A stretch of 51,764 bases of DNA from Halocafeteria seosinensis (lineage: Eukaryota): the NCBI GenBank assembly GCA_001687465.1, contig LVLI01000031.1, positions 1 through 51,764 on the forward strand, read 5' to 3'. The notes beneath the pieces are model-generated. The model was given only the letters and a program-made list of their open reading frames with translations, was not told where the DNA came from and made no database searches. How positions within the stretch are numbered: the first letter of the stretch is position 1; each line of letters starts with the position of its first letter. Shown piece after piece: positions 45,947 through 51,764 of the stretch. Both the position numbers and the translations under genes were made by a program.

Positions 45947-46380
45947 ATGAGTGTGATTAATCTAGACGATTTTACAATAGCCGATGGAAAACTGATGATT
46001 CACCAGCTATTCAAAGAGTTTTAAATGCTCTGCCTTCTGGTAAGGGTTTTAAGCTAAACTTTGGGAAAGAAAAAAGATATTATCTTTCTACTACTTTGCT
46101 TTCAACCGCAGATAATATTGAAATTAATGGTAATAATTCACTACTTATTCAAAAAGATAAAAATACTTCTGCTCTTATGTGTATGGCAAACCATGTAAGG
46201 ATAAAAAATATTAGCACAGGTTTATGGAAAAATCAACCTTCCTTGATTGGACGAATCATATCTTTCTTTGGTAGATTTGTACCTTTTCAATTATTCACCA
46301 GCAATCAAACACATGACACAATTATAGTGGAAAAGAAAATTCAAGCAATTAGTATTTGTAAAAGAAAAAGGGTTAAGTAG
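45947..46380 (+). pseudogene. Truncated pectate-lyase-3/tailspike-like beta-helix gene in an AT-rich foreign-looking segment
   Basis: MSVINLDDFTIADGK/(1-nt frameshift in an A-run)TDDSPAIQRVLNALP..YYLSTTL..NIEINGNNSLL matches the VINV.DF..GDG.TDD..AIQ.AL motif. DNA is visibly more AT-rich than its flanks. Confidence 0.65.
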
Positions 46381-46675
46381 TACTTTTTTATTTATCCCAG
46401 TGAAACAGGTTTGGAATCCATGTTAGAAATTATCCTTGCGCGTGAGTGATAAACCCGTGTTAGAAATCCTTCTTCTGAAACAAGTAAAAATCCTATGTTT
46501 GGAAGGAAAGGAAAATAATGGATTCGTCTCTCTGTTACACAACTAAAATCCTTGTTAGAAAATTGGCCTTGTGAATGCCTTCTAAAATCCCCTAACCCTA
46601 ACCTAGGAAGAACTTTTTTTTGTGCGTCTAACTCGCTCGTAGTTTTAAAGGCACCAGTAAGACTGTCGGCACCTT

Positions 46676-48406
46676 CTAAATACTCTCGACTCCGGCTTGC
46701 GTCACTTTCACTACATACACATCAAGCTTATCGCGAATCGTGGTCTCGACCTCAGTCGTGGCAGCGTCCGCGTTTGCAGTGAACGTAGGCTGCTTCAACG
46801 AGCAATCCTCGAGGTAAGGGGGGACTGCAAGAATGAAGAGGATCTTATCCACATTCCTAACAAAGCCGTTGAACTGGTGGAATGCGTTTGCCAAGGCTTC
46901 AAACAGCATGCGAATGCCGTGGAGTTTCAGAGAGTGCGTGTCGGCCGTGGTGGGTTGGAAGAGAATCAGATTACCCTGTCGACGCTGCGTAGCAGGGACA
47001 TAAATTGCCCCATCAAACGTGTCCTGATTCGAGAAATCGGGGAAAAAAAATAGACGTTTATGTAGCCGATCTCCAAGCCCCATCAAGACCACCAAGTCTC
47101 GGAGATTATTGTACCGGAGTTTTTCTCCGTTACACCGCGCTCCCCATACTTCATGTCGAGGTGCAGACGGGTTCTTCCAGTGCTGCCATCGTCCGTTCTG
47201 GTATTTTTTTCGCACGAGCCAAATAGCGTTACTTGAATCCTTGTGTTTGTTTTGCCAAAACAGCCTCAACCCAATACCTTCAAACGTCTCCCAGACGATT
47301 CTCTCCTGTGTGTTTTTACCTTCAACGATGTTGTCGATAATAAATTGTTTTCTCTTTAGTAGAAGTAGCTGTGTAACATGTTCAGCAAGTGCCGGGGATG
47401 CGAACGATGTCTCCCAAGTGTCATCTCGCGCTCTTCCGTTATCCTCTTCCTGCGCTCCTCCGTTATCCTCTTCCTCAGTCCTTTTGGGCCACAAATGAAG
47501 CACTTTGTAGGTCACATTCTCGCTATGACGGATATTATTGTCAAGGACTTCGACTTGCTGAAGATTGAAATTGTTCAGGGTAGCCATCAGGTCAGGGGGT
47601 TTCATGAGCAAGCGGGGAACACCTCCCCATGTCTCGAACCGTTTAGCCAATTCTTCCGTTGTCAACGGTCGCTTCGAATACGTGTTACTCACTGCAACTT
47701 CTTCAAAGCTCCAAGGAGCCATAATGCTTCTGAACATCGCTTTCTTATAGGCCGTATAATTCGGTTCTCGTTCCGAGCAAAACAGGAACTTGTGGCCTCT
47801 TGTAAGTGACGCCTTAGGGTCCATTTGTCCATCTATTAACAGAAGCCGTCGGGTTTTACCCTCAGTACGAAGTTTCTTCCTGAAAACAATCTTTACTTTC
47901 GGCCAAAGTTGTGTTACATATTCCGAGTCAGGGTCCGGTCCCCGTACATATATTTCTTTGACAGAGCATTCTTCCGGAGTTTCGCGCAACCGTCGTAATA
48001 TCTTCCAGATAACGAAAACTTGAAACAAAGATTTGCCGATCCCAGGAACACCAGAGCAACATAAATGATACAGAGGCCCGGTAAGATCCTCGATTGCATG
48101 AGGGCGTCCTCTCAGCATTGGCTCCACAAGCTGGTCAAAAATGCGGGTATATTCGTCTCTTACAAGGACAGCCTCACAACCGTCGTTCCTCGCCAAGAAA
48201 AAGTCCAAGTTGACCCCACGAAGATCCAAATAATCGTACTCATATCCGTTATCTAGATGATCGTGCTGCAAGACTTCCTCCCTTGTGATCTGGTGAGCGA
48301 ACTTCTTTGCCTGCGTAACAGTATCTCGCTGGTCATCGTCCACTGCAAAGCCAATCGAATATGATAACATATCATGGATCCAGCGAACGGGCTTCCAGAG
48401 AGTCAT
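46676..48406 (-). CDS. Crinkler/RHS-type P-loop NTPase + restriction-endonuclease-fold protein
   Basis: VLVRDEY, SGVPGIGKSLF (Walker A), LLIDG (Walker B), IMAPWSFEE, WGGVPR, FASP, ETFE, PDFSNQDTFDG..LFQPT.A.TH and FILAVPP; intronless. Confidence 0.85.
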   Translation of the reverse strand: MTLWKPVRWIHDMLSYSIGFAVDDDQRDTVTQAKKFAHQITREEVLQHDHLDNGYEYDYLDLRGVNLDFFLARNDGCEAVLVRDEYTRIFDQLVEPMLRGRPHAIEDLTGPLYHLCCSGVPGIGKSLFQVFVIWKILRRLRETPEECSVKEIYVRGPDPDSEYVTQLWPKVKIVFRKKLRTEGKTRRLLLIDGQMDPKASLTRGHKFLFCSEREPNYTAYKKAMFRSIMAPWSFEEVAVSNTYSKRPLTTEELAKRFETWGGVPRLLMKPPDLMATLNNFNLQQVEVLDNNIRHSENVTYKVLHLWPKRTEEEDNGGAQEEDNGRARDDTWETSFASPALAEHVTQLLLLKRKQFIIDNIVEGKNTQERIVWETFEGIGLRLFWQNKHKDSSNAIWLVRKKYQNGRWQHWKNPSAPRHEVWGARCNGEKLRYNNLRDLVVLMGLGDRLHKRLFFFPDFSNQDTFDGAIYVPATQRRQGNLILFQPTTADTHSLKLHGIRMLFEALANAFHQFNGFVRNVDKILFILAVPPYLEDCSLKQPTFTANADAATTEVETTIRDKLDVYVVKVTQAGVESI

Positions 48407-49164
48407 ACGTACAGAACATGTAGTATACTACGTAGTCATCCCAAAGCACCCAGCAAAGAAGTAGTGGTAGCAGGATTGCGAACCAGGAACTGGGCTCGAT
48501 CCCGGATAGAAATGAAGTAATGAACTCAATGGTCAGCATGATTTCGCACCACAACGATTTTTAGATGGAGTGAGGCATTCGTGGTCAAGAAGGACCGATC
48601 AGCACGTAGCCTGACAATCCATCATGCATCCTGATTTCCACCGGCTGCCTATACATGTACGGGGAACTACCAGAAGGCCTAGCGCTCCCCTTCCACGCTT
48701 ATGGCAGACAGAGTCAGGCTGTCCGCCCATGACGGAGGATCTGTCCTCCCGTACCCGCTTCGCGTGGGTTGCGGCAAGTTCGAAGTTCAAAGTTTGAACA
48801 AGCTGGGACAAACTCAACTTCATCGCTCCACAAAAGTAGAAAAGTTTTTAGAATACTTCGACATCGTGGGTTGTCTTTGTATGAGCTCAATTATTATTTC
48901 AAGGATTCTAACGAGCCATATACAGTGAGGAGACATCATCATCATCATATAACTTTTATATGGTGTAATCGGTGTTATATCAGCAAGTATACAGCAATAA
49001 AGTGGAAATCAGTCCAGTGATATATCAGAATACAGTTGTGAGGTAGAACAGACCAGGACCGAGTGCGCGAATTTTCGGTGGCTTCTATACAGGACCATGG
49101 CTTCGAAATCGAGAAAGTCGGACTTCTTCTACGCATCCACCAATCCTTCAGACCCCCTGAGACA

Positions 49165-51123
49165 ATGGCTGGAGAGGAGGACGATGAAGTAGTGACAAAA
49201 AGGGAAATGGACTTGGAAACAGTGAAAGAGCGAACCGAGACGATCCTCGCACTGGTTGGATATTATTCAAAGAACAAGCTCGAGACGAACGAGGCGTATG
49301 TCCGCTCGATGAAATGGAAACAAGCGATAGAGATGGAAACTGAAGCGAAGCAAGCACGTGGACATGGCGGAAGGGGACAGCCACAGCTCCAATGGCCTGA
49401 ACTGTCAGATATGTTGTCTGGCAAGCTGTCAATTCCTCGTGTATGGTTGGGTTCTTGCATCACAGAGTTCGGATCTGGAGATATTGACTGGAGCGACGCA
49501 CTCTCGCTTTGCCAACATCTCAATAGTTGTCGTGGGCATGTATGGGGTGCATGCATGGCGATTGCCTTGCGTCATCAAGCGCAGGCAGCATGTGCAAGGC
49601 CGGCAACTATCCCGTCCGTCGCAATGGTCGTCGATCATTGGCGCGGAGACTTCGAATCTGGACAAAGTGGCCCGGGTCTCATTTGGGCGTCACCAGAAGC
49701 GATTAACCCTGCTGAATGCCCAATATTCTTGGGTATGTGGACGGTCGGGAAGACTGGTGACCCTGAGCGAGGTGGTAGGTTGGCCGAACAGATTGCCTCT
49801 GCCGTGAGGCATCTGATTTTCGCTTGGGAAGGAAGACCGACGCTGGTCCGCGTGCTTTATCTAGATGCTGCGGACTTCGACCTGGACCGGGTGGACACAG
49901 ACGATGTATCTGGATGGAAAGATGCGATGTTACACCAGATCGAATCGTTGCTGAGTAGATGGGGATTCGAGCGGAGTGGCCAGTGTACCTGGAAGCCTCC
50001 GACTCGCGTAGGCGACCGACGCAAAGCGACACTATTAGCCCTCACATGGGGATCCACGACTTTCGAGGCGATACTGCAAGCTGTTCGCCAAGCTCTATCT
50101 CATGTACATTTGTCTTGTACGGAACCGAAGACGGCGACCCTGTTCAGCAATAGCAAAGGTCAGGTCCGTGCGCTCCTCCATCGCGCGGGACTCGAGTGCC
50201 CAGATCGGCAAATCGATGGAATCGTCCAACTCGCGGCCATGCCCCACCGTGGCCAGAATGTCGAGCAGGTCATTGCTTCCACGGTGATTCCAGCAGTTTG
50301 TCAAGACGTACATAGACGAATAAGACATGATGGCGTAAGCTTGGTCGATGCGCTTGCTGCAAATGGCAAGGTGAAGGAGGTGGTCCGACGCAAATTGTTT
50401 GCACTGCTGCGAGATGGTGGACAATGGATTGCTCACGCCCCAGAGACGTACTGGCTGCGGCTCATTTTACTGCAACGTCTCCAAGATCGTCAGCTGGGAG
50501 GTTGGACAGACAGCGTGCCGACAAAATGGGGTGACGTGAATTTTGAGGACAAGAATGGCAGGCAGGTTTCGTGTCAAGCGCGCTGGTGTCGTTACTCGCA
50601 GGTGGAGTACACAGGGGAAGATGATTCAAACCTACTAGCGGTACTCAAGGATAAAGAGGCGGAGATTGGAGCCGAGGATCATGTGTTTGTCTACCACGGC
50701 ACTACGGTCGAGCATGTGCCCTCTATTATTCACAGAGTCCAACGTTTAAATAATGAATGCTGGGATTTCGGGTTGGGCTTCTACACCAATCAGAACCCTG
50801 AGCACTGCGCGGAGTGGGCTACTAGAGTCGCTTATGCTAGAGACAGCAACGCAGCAGTAATTGGTTTCGCCATGCCACAACACAGGTGGCAAGAGTTAAA
50901 GAAACTGAACTTCGAAGAAGATGTTCACAAAGAGCACTGGAAGACCACTGTAGAGGACTGTCGCGATGGTGAGCCTCCAGAATACCTGATGAAGTACGAC
51001 GTCGTCCTAGGGCCGATGCTGGGCAATGCAAATCAAAACATGGAGCAGGTCGTGTTCAGTGTTGTTAGGGTTCTCAACGACTCGTCTCAAAAGTTCTTCG
51101 TGCTTCTCCCTCGCGAAGACTAG
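49165..51123 (+). CDS. Protein with unknown N-terminal domains and C-terminal DUF3990 (ADP-ribosyltransferase-like) domain
   Basis: VYHGT..DFGLGFYTNQNPEHCAEWA..AVI.F..L..LNF..W..V..CR..YDVVLGPM..QVVF follows the DUF3990 consensus. First ATG at 49165; intronless. Confidence 0.75.
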   Translation: MAGEEDDEVVTKREMDLETVKERTETILALVGYYSKNKLETNEAYVRSMKWKQAIEMETEAKQARGHGGRGQPQLQWPELSDMLSGKLSIPRVWLGSCITEFGSGDIDWSDALSLCQHLNSCRGHVWGACMAIALRHQAQAACARPATIPSVAMVVDHWRGDFESGQSGPGLIWASPEAINPAECPIFLGMWTVGKTGDPERGGRLAEQIASAVRHLIFAWEGRPTLVRVLYLDAADFDLDRVDTDDVSGWKDAMLHQIESLLSRWGFERSGQCTWKPPTRVGDRRKATLLALTWGSTTFEAILQAVRQALSHVHLSCTEPKTATLFSNSKGQVRALLHRAGLECPDRQIDGIVQLAAMPHRGQNVEQVIASTVIPAVCQDVHRRIRHDGVSLVDALAANGKVKEVVRRKLFALLRDGGQWIAHAPETYWLRLILLQRLQDRQLGGWTDSVPTKWGDVNFEDKNGRQVSCQARWCRYSQVEYTGEDDSNLLAVLKDKEAEIGAEDHVFVYHGTTVEHVPSIIHRVQRLNNECWDFGLGFYTNQNPEHCAEWATRVAYARDSNAAVIGFAMPQHRWQELKKLNFEEDVHKEHWKTTVEDCRDGEPPEYLMKYDVVLGPMLGNANQNMEQVVFSVVRVLNDSSQKFFVLLPRED

Positions 51124-51764
51124 GGCAAATAGCGACTTCCAAACAATCTTCTTTTTCTATCACCTAGGGAATCATCGCAAGAGTACTGTCGTTCAATAAA
51201 TCAGGTGCGATCGCCGATGAGACAAGCGTCGCTATCGCTATTAAATTCTTCATCGCTATTACACTTGGCGATAGAATTCAAGAAGATATTTTCTAACTGA
51301 TGACGACAAATAACATTTGTCTTAATTGCTCCGTCAAAATAATAGCATTTTGTTTTAATGGCATAAAGCTCAGGACATAAAAACTTGGAGACAATGAAGC
51401 TTGTACCGTTTTTAGTAACGTTTCTCGAACTCTGATAAATTCAATATTGTGATAACAAAATGTCAAAACTTCAACTTTGTGATAACGGCACAAACTTTTC
51501 GTCATTTGTGTGATAACAAATCCCAAAATCCGCTTTGGGCCATCATATTACTGGGTAGATATTGTAGATATGCGCCAAAGTACAACTGCTTGAATTACAT
51601 ATACGGTTGTTTGAGATTTACACATCATACTGTAGTCTCAGTTGTTGCCAAATAGGCACTATATACCATGATTACTCGGGCAAGAAGTGCTGCATCCGCG
51701 CGCGCACCAGCTGCTGCAGCGAATTCAAATGGCGACGCCGAGGATGATGCGGATGCTGTGGAGT

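Noticed and set aside
1..51764. tRNA, rRNA, snRNA or spliced-leader target genes near the CRE-like elements
   Set aside because: None recognised by eye; an Infernal/tRNAscan search would be needed to exclude them.

Overview
Gene-dense eukaryotic (protist-like) genomic DNA with short GT-AG introns (mostly about 60-80 bp), so many genes are split across the ORF track. The core holds host genes: a 5-exon NELF-A-like gene, an ANK-RCC1 (IBTK-like) protein, two paralogous GT-A glycosyltransferases, dynein light chain roadblock, a GT90/CAP10 glycosyltransferase, two claudin/PMP22-like proteins, PIG-A, two paralogous class-3 lipase-like proteins, a tandem NadD/NMNAT-like protein, an RS-rich protein, a DUF4336 protein, a small C18orf32-like protein, a PH-WW protein, a TPR protein and TM9SF/EMP70. 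Accessory DNA: nested CRE-like (restriction-like endonuclease, RLE) non-LTR retrotransposon fragments at 1-1.7 kb and 42.8-44.3 kb, each next to an RNase HI fragment of the archaeal/plant-like type (fused to a chromodomain in the second copy); a rearranged PIF/Harbinger transposon at 10.8-13.2 kb; and an island at 45.9-51.5 kb with an AT-rich beta-helix/tailspike-like remnant, a Crinkler/RHS-type NTPase-REase gene and a divergent gene ending in a DUF3990 (ADP-ribosyltransferase-like) domain. All family calls are motif recognition by eye with no database search, and exon models were assembled manually.
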